A stretch of 64,000 bases of DNA, taken from assembly GCA_949358305.1 (NCBI GenBank), contig OX442314.1, positions 22,630,001-22,694,000 of the forward strand, written 5' to 3'. The notes beneath the pieces are model-generated. The model was not told where the DNA came from and made no database searches. It saw only the letters and a program-made list of their open reading frames with translations. The position numbers were made by a program, and so were the translations under genes. This stretch comes from Strigamia acuminata. Its lineage: Eukaryota. This document shows, one piece after another, positions 10,996-23,406 of the stretch (positions within the stretch are counted from its first letter, which is position 1; each line of letters begins with the position of its first letter).

Positions 10996-13900
10996 ATGAA
11001 CGAAAGTCCATCATGTATCGTCAAGTCCGCTTCGTTTCAAACTTTCACAGATGCAGAAATACTTAATTTAAGTGTCGTCGAAGTGAACACGCCGAAAACA
11101 TTCAATGCGTTAGGCCATCCGTTGCCCGGCAGTGTTTACGACCATGCTTTAGGTACGAGCTGTATATTCTCCAACTCGCAACACATACTAATAAGTTTAT
11201 CAATACAGGCTGTACCGATCCCGGAGATATATGCACAACTTGCGGCGGCGATCAACTACGTTGTCCGGGACATATGGGACACATATCGTTACCGTTACCC
11301 GTTTTCAATCCTCTATTTTCAAAGTTTTTACACAAAGTAAATTTACACTGAAAGGTTATACATCTCGTGCGTTTATTTTAATTTTTTTAAAATTTTCTTT
11401 TACCAGCTTCTGCGTGGATGCTGCTTCAAATGTCATCGAATAATGGCGCCAAGCTCTCAATGTTTACTACTCCAAGCACAATTAGGGTTTTTGGAGTACG
11501 GATTAGTTACAGCCGCTCAGCAAATAGCGGACGAAACGACCGAAGAATTGAGCAAAAATGCAGAGGAGGTTGTATGTGATTATCTTGACAAAAGATTGAA
11601 AGAAATTACATCGGCGGAAATGAAAGGTGCTTTTCTTTTGATTGATTTAAGGAAATAATAAAGGAAATTAAAATTGATGGTTTATTTCTACAGATGGCGA
11701 TGAAACGAAACCGAAAGTTTCCCAAATGAAAAATGTTATCACGTACAAACAATGGATAGTGAAGGAGTTTAATAAAACATACTTTTTTAAACCGCCAAAA
11801 AAATGCAATCATTGTCAGGCAACCAAGTCCCCGATTTTTCGCCTTTCAGAAAACACGTTTATCATGTCGAATATAAGGAGCAGAAAACTAGCTACAAAGA
11901 CAGCGACTAAAAAGACGCCAAAGAGGTTTATTAAACATATTAAATTTATTGTTATAATTAACTAATTCTTTTTTAAAATTTAGAAGCAAGAAGTCTGTCG
12001 AAGCTGACGAGGAAAGTATGCTTATCGAGTTAGAAAATAAAGAGAATGAAGACGAGGAGACTGAAGAACTACCGGGAACAAAAATTTTGACGCCCATGAA
12101 AGTGCACGAACATTTGGTCGCTATATGGGAGCGCGAAAGCTCGTTAATGAAGTGTCTTTATCCCATTTTAAAATCTATCTCATCGCAATGTCCGCTTGAT
12201 ATTTTTATCATAAGTGTGATTCCTGTTCCTCCTCCTAAATTCCGACCCGTAAGTAGTTCGCAACTGAAAGATTAAATATTAAAAATGTTAAAAAATATCT
12301 AAATATTTGTTTGCATTTTCAGCTGAATCGACTTGGCGATGAAAAGTACGATAACCCGCAAAGTCTTAATTTAACGCGGGTCGTTCAAACGTCTATGGTC
12401 ATTCGTCATCTTGTAAAACAACTCAAACCGAACGGTCCAAATCTAGTGGATGATGAATTTGAAGTACGCTATTTTTGCGTCATCATTTGATATTTATTCA
12501 ATTTAATATTTGTTTAACTGTAATTTTAGAGACCGCTGAAGAAACTCGAGGGTAGTACCCTAACTGAAAAACTGAATTCAGCTTGTATTCTTCTTCAGTG
12601 TCAGGTCAATGCAGTTCTCGATAATGATGTATCTGTTAAGGGTGCCGACAAGTCAACTATAGGAGTGAAACAGGTATGAAAATCGTTAAATATTGTCTAA
12701 AAACAAAAGAAATCATCAAATAACATTTATTTGTAGGTGATCGAGAAGAAAGAAGGTTTATTCAGACAGAACATGATGGGGAAACGTGTCAATTACGCAG
12801 CACGTTCGGTTATTTCACCCGATCCTTACATCAGCATTGACGAAATAGGAATTCCCGAAGTTATTGCGAAGAAATTAGTCTACCCTCAAACAGTTACACC
12901 TTGGAACGTGAATGAGTTACGCCAAGCCGTCTTAAACGGTCCAGACATACATCCGGGGTAAAATAAAACAAATCTAAGCAAAAATATCAATTTTTGATCG
13001 TTTTGATCTTTCAACATTTAGGGCAACTATGGTCCAAAATGCAGATGGAACTCGTATACGATTGGACAAAAGTGAGCTCAAGAGAGCTGCAATTGCCAAA
13101 CAATTGCTCACGCCCGGTGTTAACAAAGAACTAGACGGCTGCAAAAAAGTATTAAAGAAAATCATACATCCACAACTGTAACGCGAACATGAAATAACGT
13201 GTTTCTTAATCCAGGTTTTCAGGCACGTAATTAATGGCGACATGCTGCTCGTTAATCGGCAACCCACTTTACACAAACCGAGTATTATGGCGCACAAAGC
13301 GCGAGTTTTACGCGGCGAAAAAACGCTCCGTCTGCATTATTCCAACTGCAAAACCTACAACGCCGATTTTGACGGTGACGAAATGAACATCCATTTACCA
13401 CAAAGTGAACTTGCGAGAGCAGAGGCGCGCATGATCGGTAAATCGTCCCGATTTAAACGAAAAACAACGTTCTAATCTCTTTATTACACGCAGCTAATGT
13501 AACTAACCAATATCTCGTGCCTAAAGATGGCACGCCTCTCGGAGGCTTAATCCAGGATCACATGATCTCCGGTGTGCTTATGACTGTGCGCGGAAGGTTT
13601 TTCAACAGGTACATCCCTAATATCGACACTCTTTTCATTTAAATTTATCTAATAAAATTTACTAGGCAAGATTACATGCAACTAGTATTAAAGGCCATTC
13701 CGTTCTTCCCCGGACGAATTAAAACGCTTCCGCCCACTATTTGGAAACCTTACGCACTGTGGACTGGAAAGCAAGTGATTTCCACTATGTTAATAAACTT
13801 AATACCTAAGGAGAAACCTTTAATTACGCTCGAAGGAACTTCTAAGATAGCAACTAAGGTTTGTAACAGGATATTTTAGTCGGAAATAATTTATTTAAAT

Positions 13901-16900
13901 ATTTATTTGTTACTTTAGAGTTGGCAAAGGGTTCCGGCTAGGGAGTGGTCGGTTGGAGGCAAGATCGTGGAACCCAATATGAGCGAAAGTGAGGTTATCG
14001 TTCGAAATGGTGAACTTTTGTGCGGCGTGTTGGACAAAGCGCATTACGGACCAACTGCTTTTGGTCTAATTCACAGCTGTTACGAGGTTTCGGCGATTCA
14101 TTTGTCGCTAATTCTATTTTTCGTCTGATTTATGTTATTTTTGCAGTTGTATGGTGGCGTTGTTTCGAGCGAGATCTTGTCCGCTATGGGTCGGTTATTT
14201 AATTCATTTATTCAAAACGTTGGTTTTTCATTAGGAGCCCTAGATATTGTCAGCAAAAGGAAGGTACGTCGAAACGAATCGGCGTGTTTATCGATTTATC
14301 GATTTGAATTATTATTTTAATCTAGGCTGACCAGAAACGGAAGAAGGCAATTAGTAAAGCACAAAACGTCGGTTATGAAGTCGCTGCAGATGCGCTTTCG
14401 ATCAAAAATCGAGGTGATGTCTCGTTAATCATTGATCAAATGGAAAGTGCACATTTTGAATTGGATGACAGGCTGATGAAGGCACTTGACATGGAAATGA
14501 AATCGCAAACCGATAAACTAAGCAATCAGATTAGCAAGTAATTATTTTGAAACAAAATATAAAATTGATGTATAATTTATTTTTATTTATTTTTTTTTTG
14601 CAGGATCGTAATGCCAAATGGATTATTAAAAATATTTCCCGAGAATAACCTACAACTTATGGTTTTATCTGGCGCGAAAGGCTCGACTGTAAACTCCATG
14701 CAAATTTCATGTTCGCTCGGACAGATCGAACTTGAAGGTCGTCGCCCACCTCTCACGCCGAGCGGCCGTACACTCCCGTCGTTTAGGCCGTATGACGTGA
14801 CGCCAAGGGCCGGTGGATTTGTAGCTGGGCGTTTTGCCACTGGAATTGAACTGCAAGAATTTTTCTTTCATTGCATGGCTGGTCGAGAAGTATTTATTAG
14901 TGTTTAAATTAGTATTATTTTTTTTGCAATTTAATTATTTTGTAATTTTGTTTTGTAGGGTTTGATTGATACCGCCGTTAAAACAAGTCGCAGTGGTTAC
15001 TTACAACGCTGTCTTATCAAACACCTGGAAGCATTGCACGTCAATTACGATTCGACAGTGAGAGATTGTGACGGAAGTGTGATTCAAGTAGAGTTTTTGA
15101 ATTATTTGACTTAATTTGTTGTTAATTTTTCAATTTCTTAATTTTTGGTAGTTTTTGTATGGCGAGGATGGATTAGATATTCAAAAATCAACTTACGTCC
15201 AGGAAAAACAATTGCCTTTCTTAATTAGAAATCATGGTGCTATTTATGACGAGAAAAAGATCCAACAACTTAAAGCTCGCACCGATCAAGAGGAAATTTC
15301 GTCAATACAGAAATCGGTAAAATAATAAAAAGATGAAAAGAAAAACAAAATAAATTTAAATTTTTTTTTATTTTAAAGATTAAAAAATGGAAAAAACGAA
15401 ACGTGAATGAAGCGAAGGCGAAAATTTCACCGTTCCAGTGTTTTAGTAGAAAATATCGAGATGACGACAGAGACGATTTAATACACAAATGGCAAAACAT
15501 GGACGAAAACGCAAAACTCAAGTGAGAAAAATTCATACAATTAATTTTCTTTGACAATTTACTAAATATTTTCTGTTTTATTTTGCTAGATATATTAAAA
15601 AGGCCGCTCCATGCCCAGAACCGGTCGTATCTAAATTGAATCCCGATAGTCACTTTGGTGCTGTAGTCGAACGACTAGAACAACTAATCGACGATTATCT
15701 GGATGTAAACCCGAATAACTTAATCGACAACTCGTCAGGGCCTTCGTCCGAGGTTTTCAAAGATATGATTAAGCTTAAAGCCATGAGCTGCACGTGCGAA
15801 CCTGGCGAAGCTGTCGGCCTGCTTGCAGCTCAAGTAATCAACCGCTTGAAAACAAAAACGTAAATTTTTTGTTTTAAATTTTTTTTCTTTTTTTTCAGTC
15901 GGTTGGCGAACCCTCCACTCAGATGACGCTTAACACTTTCCATTTTGCCGGGCGTGGTGACATGAACGTTACCCTGGGAATTCCCCGAATGAGAGAAATC
16001 CTAATGAGTGCGAGTGAGAATATAACAACACCCAGTCTGGAGATCCCGTTCCTCAAGTCCGCCGTTCACAGAGCGGAAGAAATGAAATTGAGACTAGGCC
16101 GTGTATATTTGAATCAAGTGATTGAGAAAATCATCGTAAATGAGAGTTTGTGTGTTCAATCCAATCAGTAAGCGATTTTTAACGTAGAAATTGGAAAAAT
16201 CAATATTTATATTTATTTATTTATTTATTTAGGAGGTATCGTGTTTATAAATTACACTTTCAATTTCTTAAGCACAAGCAATATCGTGAGTTGTATCACA
16301 CGACACCTACAAAAATATTGCAGTACGTGGAGAAAGTATTTTTTAAATTTGTGATTAGAGATTTGAAAGGCAAATGTAAATCAGTGGACGATTCATCGTT
16401 AATCGACAACGAGACTTTAAAAGATAATAAAATTGATGAAGCCGAAGATGCGGAGGTGGAAAACGACGAAGAATTGGACGATAGTGGAGATGATGAAGGG
16501 GATGCGGACACGGCCGCTGCAAGATCGAAAAAGCAACGCGGTGACGGAGCTTATGAAGAGAAAGAGGCCGATGATGAGGTCGAGAAAGATATGGGCGACG
16601 AAGAAATGGATGAAGGGTTGAATACGGGCAGCGAAGAATTGAGTCCGGAAGACGAGGAAAGTGAAGAAATAAAAGATATAAAAGACGATGTGAAATGCAA
16701 GGGGAAAGTAAAGGAAAAGGAGAAGAATGAAAGGATTAATGTATAATTTATTATTATTATTTCGTTGTTGTTGTTGACCCTAATAATATTGCTTTTAATT
16801 TTTTTTAGCGCGTGTTAGGCTTAAATCCATGGATTGATGGCTACGACTTCGATGCTAAAAAGGGAGAATGGTGCGAATTAACGCTTAAAGTTAGTATTTT

Positions 16901-19900
16901 ATTGATTATAAACTAATTGTTTCGTTTAATGTTTGATATTTAATATTATTTTTTCAGTTTTCGCTGGATACTAAGACCGTGGACATAATGTCTTTGCTGC
17001 AAAGTAGAAGCGCAAAGGCCATTATATATCAGATTGTCGATATCCGTCGTGCAGTTCTCCGAGAAGTCAAAGGCGAATTGTATATTAAAACAGATGGAGT
17101 TAACATTCCAGTAAAGAAAAAGCAATTCCCCGCGTAATTTCGCTTGAAATTTAAAATTTTTCTTTCTTGTTCCTAAAGCAAATGGTCCAGTTCAGTGAAA
17201 TATTTGACCTCAACCGATTGTACTGCAACAACATTCAATTAGTCGCCAGATCATACGGTATTGAAGCTGCCAGAAGAGTGATCGTCAAGGTTAGACAATT
17301 TTTTTTAAAAAAAAATCTTCTCTATATGGTATTTTTCAAATTGGAGCGGGCTTAAGCTGATTGATTTCATTCCCCCTTTGCAAGTTGATCTTTAACCAAT
17401 TTCCTCGCTGACGTGAGCTGCATCTTTCCAACTTCCTCCCTTCCACCCGTGTTCGTCGGTGCGTTGATTTATCGGCAGAGTTGACATTTTGATCACCTGA
17501 TTTATGATCAGCCACTCAATCAATTATTCATTAGTCGTTTGAATTATCGCACCGGAGGGTGCTGGTTGGTATCGTAATCCACGGTTCGCAAGTGGTGACA
17601 CGATTGCGCCCATTTCAAACTCGAGGTTGAAGCCGAGAGAAATGCGCAGAAAAATAATTTGTGGCATTTTATTTTCTTCCTTTCGGGCCATATTTCCCCC
17701 ACCACCCCCTTCATCCGCCATCAACCACGCTTGCCATCATTCTTCGCTTAAAAAACATTCGCCCCAAATAAAATGGAAGGAAAAATAGAGCTATAAATTA
17801 CAATGAGCCGAATGACGCATTAATACCGAGACCAATTGGTCACTCATTTCCCTCTCATTTTAGCATTTTTTTTCTTTTTAGAAACTTTATAGTTGTGTGA
17901 TTAAGTGTTAAGGATTTGACAGTTCAAATTCTTGCGGATACAATACGAAAATCATGGGAAATTTTTCGAATTTTAAAAAAAGGTTGAATATATTCATGAG
18001 CTGTTTCGTAGATGAGTATTGCATTTTAATGTAAGGCTTCATCCTGCCATTTAGTCCACTTAGAGGAATTGATTATTCAAAAGTATGCTTTTCTTACGAG
18101 TAACTGGCGATCGATTGATAAATCAAGGAGAATAGGACGGCCAGCTAAGTTATGCAGTGGAAAGATCAACCGCTTGTTATTATTCTTTAATGGAAACACG
18201 AGTATGCGTCGTTTGACTTCGATTTTCTACGTTTGTGCGAATGAATTGCAACGGAAAGTGCAATGGGAGAGGCACGAGCCAGCTCTGATAATTAATTTTT
18301 GCACAATAAGTGTATTCAAAGTTTGTGTTTGTGTGGTTTTTGGTGTTTCTATAAACAGAAAAAGCAGAGAACAAAAAAGGCTTATTATGAATATGTGTGA
18401 TTACTTTTTGTTTATAATTTATTTTTGGGTTTTACAAGTAAATGGCAATTAAAATTCCTTCATTTTCGTCCAATGTGAACGAATTTCAACACATTTACGC
18501 TTTCACTCACGTTTTTTGGTGGTGGGTGTTTCTCCTGCCAGCATTAGAACAATTGGAAGTTCAACTCGGATCTAACTCCTGTGGCAGTCATTTGACTGTA
18601 AAATTTGGCTGTAAAACCCAAAAGCAGTCATAAACAACTTCGAAAACCACTCTAGTTGTGCTTTCTGTTCATGACCATTTTTGGTGTCCATCCTCTTTAT
18701 AGAAACACTAAAAAAAAACGGCACAAACACAAACAGTAAACGCACGTCAACGGACGATGATTGAAGTGACGGCAATTTGCATGTCGGTGGTTGATATTGA
18801 GCAAAACGCGTGTGAGAAAACGGGTTTTCGGTCGTATTTCCACAGCAGTGATTCCATCGGCGCCGTTATTAACCTCATGCATATACATATTTATGATATT
18901 TAAGAGAGTCAAAACAAATTAGTGAGAATTATGATAAATCGAACACGAGTCTGCGCGACTGAAATCTGCAAGTCTGGTTGACCGCGAGCAAGTCGAGTGT
19001 ATCTTTTATCCACATGTAAATTACGAGCGTGATAACCGGTCGAGCGGATCGAGGTGAAGGAAAGGGGGTTACGTCGGTGGAACGCCGCGTTCGATGCCTG
19101 CGTGTGCCAGCCGCAAGCTGTCAATTTATTGCAAGGTAAGCGCAGTCAGCACACGTTGAGTATAATTCAAGCGCTTTGCCAATCCTTTGCTTTTATTAAT
19201 ATCAGTTAACCCCATCCGCCCACGCCACTAAGTCACCAGATTTGCTGCAGCTGCGTCTCTCAAAGTGTTGATACATCGGGCCTCCGTTGCCTGGCAACCG
19301 TTCATCAAGTTAGAGAAATCGTACCCAATTTGTTGAATTTTTTCCCCTTCTTCTTTCCTTCGACTTCTCTCTCAGCATTCCATGATTTGTAGCTCCTCAT
19401 TCCCATAACCAAGAAGAAAAAAATTCAAAATTTAAGCTCATGTTCGGATAGATAAGTCGATCACGTGACTTGTATTTTCCAAATTTATACGATTTTTATT
19501 TATTTATTTATTTTTTATCTTTGAAATTCCCCTAGCCGTGGGTTTTATTTGCCCCTTTTCCCGTCCTCTTAAGTGGAATTAACTAATCCCTGGATCAAAT
19601 GTTTCTCCGTCTGAATTGGCCACTCGATTGTGTTACCAAATCACGTGCCAGAAAATGGCTGCTGCATAATCGGGAGAGAATTGTTCGTTTTAGTGAAGCG
19701 CACCACAATTTAAGGCACATTGTGTTGCCTAGCAACACATTCGAAGGAATTTGTTTTCCTTTTTCTTCTCACTCGTCTCAAAATAAGTTGAATGTACTGA
19801 ATAATGCAAAAGCCCTTTGTATTTGTCTGTCATTTTGAGCAATTCTCTTCAATATAATTGAGCCTCGAGAAGAGGTGACAACAATCTTTCATTAGTCTGT

Positions 19901-19968
19901 AAATTGACATTTTTGGGATTATCTTGATAGATGAAAAGAAACGATTTTTCTTTCTTTCCCCCTTTTCT

Positions 19969-20000
<32 letters not shown>

Positions 20001-23000
20001 TTTTAAAAAAAGAAAGAAAAAAAATCCATTTCGTAGGTTCTTAAGTTTCTTGGGACCAACCGACCAAAATGAAAACTCGGTTTGAAAAAGAAGGGTCATT
20101 TATCATAAGGGAATGTTTAAGCAGAAGTCGATATTGTATATTTTTCTTTCTGCAAAAAAGAAAAAAATTAAGACCGATATTCGACTACGAATTCGTGCAA
20201 AAACATCACTGAAGGATTATTGGTGTTAATTTTTTTCTCTCTCTCAGCATTTCTGACCTCCAAAGCAAAAGTATGGATAGAAAAACACTTTTTTTCACTC
20301 GCATCTTGCACCAAATCGACTTCCATGTGTTCAAAGGTTGTTCACTTTTGCCTGACTCAGTTTTCTCCTCCCCAGGGTGGAGATGATTCACCTCACTCGA
20401 GGTGTAGGCACGGCTTAACACGTCTACTTGCAAGTTACAGAAAAAGTTAGCGCACCGCAAAAACTAGCCACAACAGCTTTAAACGAAGGCTGTACTTTCA
20501 GTTGGCTTTCAAGCTGAGCCAAAAAGAAAAGAAAGGCATAGGACAGGCGTATGCTAACTAACCCCTCGGTGGTTGCTGCTTAAAGTTGCTCTTTCCTGCA
20601 CGGCAAAGTCGAAGAACAGTGGCAACGTAAATTTTTAGGTGGGCCCTTTCTGTGATTTGTAGTTGCGCAACCTACCATCTTGATTTCGTTGTAGAGAGAA
20701 GAAAAGTGCAATCTTAGGAGCGATTTTTTTTGGTGACATACTTATTGGCAAACTTTAAAGGTTAAATGGACCTGGTGCATCATTGAAGAGCCTTCGACCT
20801 CCCGCTTTGTGCCTTGATATTTTGCAGTGCTGTCTTTTTGCGACCTCTGCCGGCGAGGGGAGGGGAAAAAATTGGAAAAGATGTTGCGTTGCCTGGCAAC
20901 GGCATTTCCTTGGCAAGCTCGGTTGTGCTTGGTTCGGTGCAAAAGCAGAGCAGATTCAGTTTATAGTTGGGTTGGCACATAAGTCTTAGGTTGGAATAAA
21001 AAAAATTCTTGCTCAATGCTGCTTGCTGCTCATTTCTCCTTCTCCTTCTCTCTCTCCCTCTCTCTCCCCTTGCCAACACAAGCGCTTTGGAATTTGGATC
21101 ATTTTCGCGGGTCGATATTTGAAGCGGGGGCGTCAACGGTGATTATCCGAGCCCCGTTTCCAGCTTTGCATTACCGAGTCGTTGTATAAAGGGTGTCGAT
21201 TTCTTCTCCAATTACCCGCAGGGAGCCATTTTACCTTTAAAAAGGCGTCGAATCCGACGTTACTCGAAAAGTTTGGGTAATTTTTTCGCATTTAGAGCGG
21301 CCGCGTGGCGTTGCTTATGATTTTTATTGCGATATTTTTTTTTTCTGTTGTTGCTGCTTTTTTGCTCGGATGGGCAACACCGCTTTAAAGTTGGCGTCAA
21401 CTTTGACCTTTGCACTCGAACAGTTACATTTGAAGCGAAACGCTCTCGGGGGCTGAAGTGAAATCTGTACTTGGCGACCATTTCCATGGTAACTGGCAAA
21501 AAGAAGGCATTCGTCGCCGGCTGGCTCTGACTCGTGGCCCCGTTTTTAATATTGCGCAGACGCAGATGGGAAGACGCTGGCCTTGACTAAGAAAGCCCGA
21601 ATGTACGAGAATTTTATTTGTCACTCTGGGATTAGTTTATTGCGTTCCTCTTGCCGATGTTGCCACTTCTGTTTCTTGTCACGAAAAGACGATAAATCAA
21701 ACATGGATCAAGCGTTTTGAACGATTTACAAGCGCATTACGTTATGCCGAGGTTTTTTTTTTTCTTCTTTCTCCCTCTTTGGTTTCGTTCTCGAGTCTCG
21801 AGTCTCGAGTCTCGAGTCTCGACCCCCACTGGCTGGAAAAGCACCGCCTGGGAGCTCTGGCCGAACTCGACTGCAGCACATGTACATTTTTTCTGATTTC
21901 TGATTTCCACACTTCTCCGGTATAATTTGTCCGGACATTGCGGTCGTGTAGGAAGTCGTCATGCCGAATTAATTTCGACTTTTCCTTCATCAATAAACAT
22001 GGAAGGAATGGGTTTGCACACGCACCACTGCTTAAGGCACAGCGCATACTAATACGAACGCCCACATTGATCTGGGTCTTGGGTAATTGAAGTCTGCCAT
22101 TTGCCACCAATTCAAGTGGGCAATTTGAACTTGACTTTAAGCACGTTGTAAGTGTTGCAAAAATGAAGGGTGAAAGGAAGGAAGGAGGGGTTGCTAGTGT
22201 AAATGGATAAAAAGAAAAAAAAGAAAAAAGAAAAAAGAAAAAAAAATCCATAGCGTGTTAAATTCGAAGGTCGCGTGACAGCTCCCAATGGACCCATCAC
22301 ACGAATTTCTTTAGCTATCGGCACATGTTGGCGATTGTCATTCGCTACATTTTGTGATGTCGTTATTTTTTCTCTCTTCTCCTGCAGGAAATCCAAGACG
22401 TGTTTAGTGTGTATGGAATTCAAGTCGATCCACGCCATCTATTGCTCATTGCCGATTACATGACCTTTGATGGCACCTATGCAGGTTTGAATCGTTTTGC
22501 GATGCAAACTAACACATCTCCTTTGCAACAGATGAGTTTCGAGACGACCATGCAGTTTCTTCTAACAGCTACGCTTCAAGGTAACGACAAAATGCTCCTT
22601 TTTTTTCCCACTTTTGCATATTGACTACCGTAAATGCTCCGATAGAACACCCGTGCTCTATTGAGATTTCTCGCCTCAATTTACATGTTGTGTTCAATCA
22701 GTTTGGTCAATTTAAACATTTAGTTTTAGTTGTTTTGTTCAATTTAGACATTGAATTCAGTCGTTTTGGTCAATTTAGACATTGAATTCAGTCGTTTTGG
22801 TCAATTTAGACATTGAATTCAGTCGGTTTGGTCAATTTAGACATTGAATTCAGTCGTTTTGGTCAATTTAGACATTGAATTCAGTCTTTTTTGTCAATTT
22901 AGACATTGAATTCAGTCTTTTTGGTCAATTTAGACATTGAATTCAGTCGTTTTGGTCAATTTAGACATTGAATTCAGTCGTTTTGGTCAATTTAGACATT

Positions 23001-23325
23001 GAATTCAGTCGTTTTGGTCAATTTAGACATTGAATTCAGTCGTTTTGGTCAATTTAGACATTGAATTCAGTCGTTTTGGTCAATTTAGACATTGAATTCA
23101 GTCTTTTTGGTCAATTTAGACCTGCATTGCAAAACATACTGCATTTAATTAACATTGAGCATTTACGGTATATTTAGTAACGGTCTACCAATTTCTAATG
23201 TGCCATTACTTTTAATATTTTCAGATTCAAAGGATACGTTGAAGTCTCCTTCCGCACAGCTGGTTGTCGGAAACGTCGTGGGGATGGGAACCGGAAGTTT
23301 TGATTTAATTCAGAAGTTGTGTTAA
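10996..23325 (+). CDS. POLR1A: DNA-directed RNA polymerase I largest subunit (RPA1/RPA190), 27 exons, ~1681 aa
   Basis: Exons assembled by hand with GT-AG introns and consistent phase (5046 nt): 10996-11152, 11209-11336, 11407-11626, 11694-11925, 11984-12248, 12323-12463, 12530-12673, 12737-12957, 13022-13148, 13215-13437, 13494-13608, 13666-13858, 13919-14086, 14147-14263, 14326-14537, 14604-14889, 14959-15087, 15152-15316, 15379-15521, 15590-15833, 15899-16167, 16233-16740, 16809-16889, 16958-17110, 17179-17289, 22388-22580, 23225-23325. Motifs: CTTC..CPGHMGH zinc site, [36 protein letters not shown], catalytic [53 protein letters not shown], Pol I-type acidic insertion, [15 protein letters not shown]. 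No CTD heptads. Confidence 0.97.
22628..23168. mobile_element. TA-TSD MITE (pogo/mariner-like CCGTA ends) carrying a 31-bp minisatellite, in the last POLR1A intron
   Basis: ta|CCGTAAATGCTC ... GAGCATTTACGG|ta, 12-bp TIRs enclosing the tandem array. Confidence 0.7.
22700..23121. repeat. 31-bp minisatellite, ~12-13 copies (TTTGGTCAATTTAGACATTGAATTCAGTCGT)
   Basis: AATTTAGAC recurs every 31 bp from 22741 to 23113; no unique spacers. Confidence 0.95.
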
Positions 23326-23334
23326 AACTTTTCA

Positions 23335-23340
23335 TTTATT
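23335..23340 (-). terminator. Putative AGBL4 polyadenylation signal AATAAA
   Basis: TTTATT on the + strand, 66 nt beyond the AGBL4 stop. Confidence 0.5.
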
Positions 23341-23367
23341 AGTAATTATATCTCATATTTTGTGATT

Positions 23368-23373
23368 AATAAA
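23368..23373 (+). terminator. Putative POLR1A polyadenylation signal AATAAA
   Basis: First AATAAA after the stop at 23325. Confidence 0.6.
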
Positions 23374-23406
23374 GTTTGAAAAAAAAAAAAAGAAGCAGAA
23401 ACTACA

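Noticed and set aside
22700..23121. CRISPR-like 31-bp repeats
   Set aside because: Head-to-tail with no unique spacers, no cas genes, and located in a eukaryotic intron.
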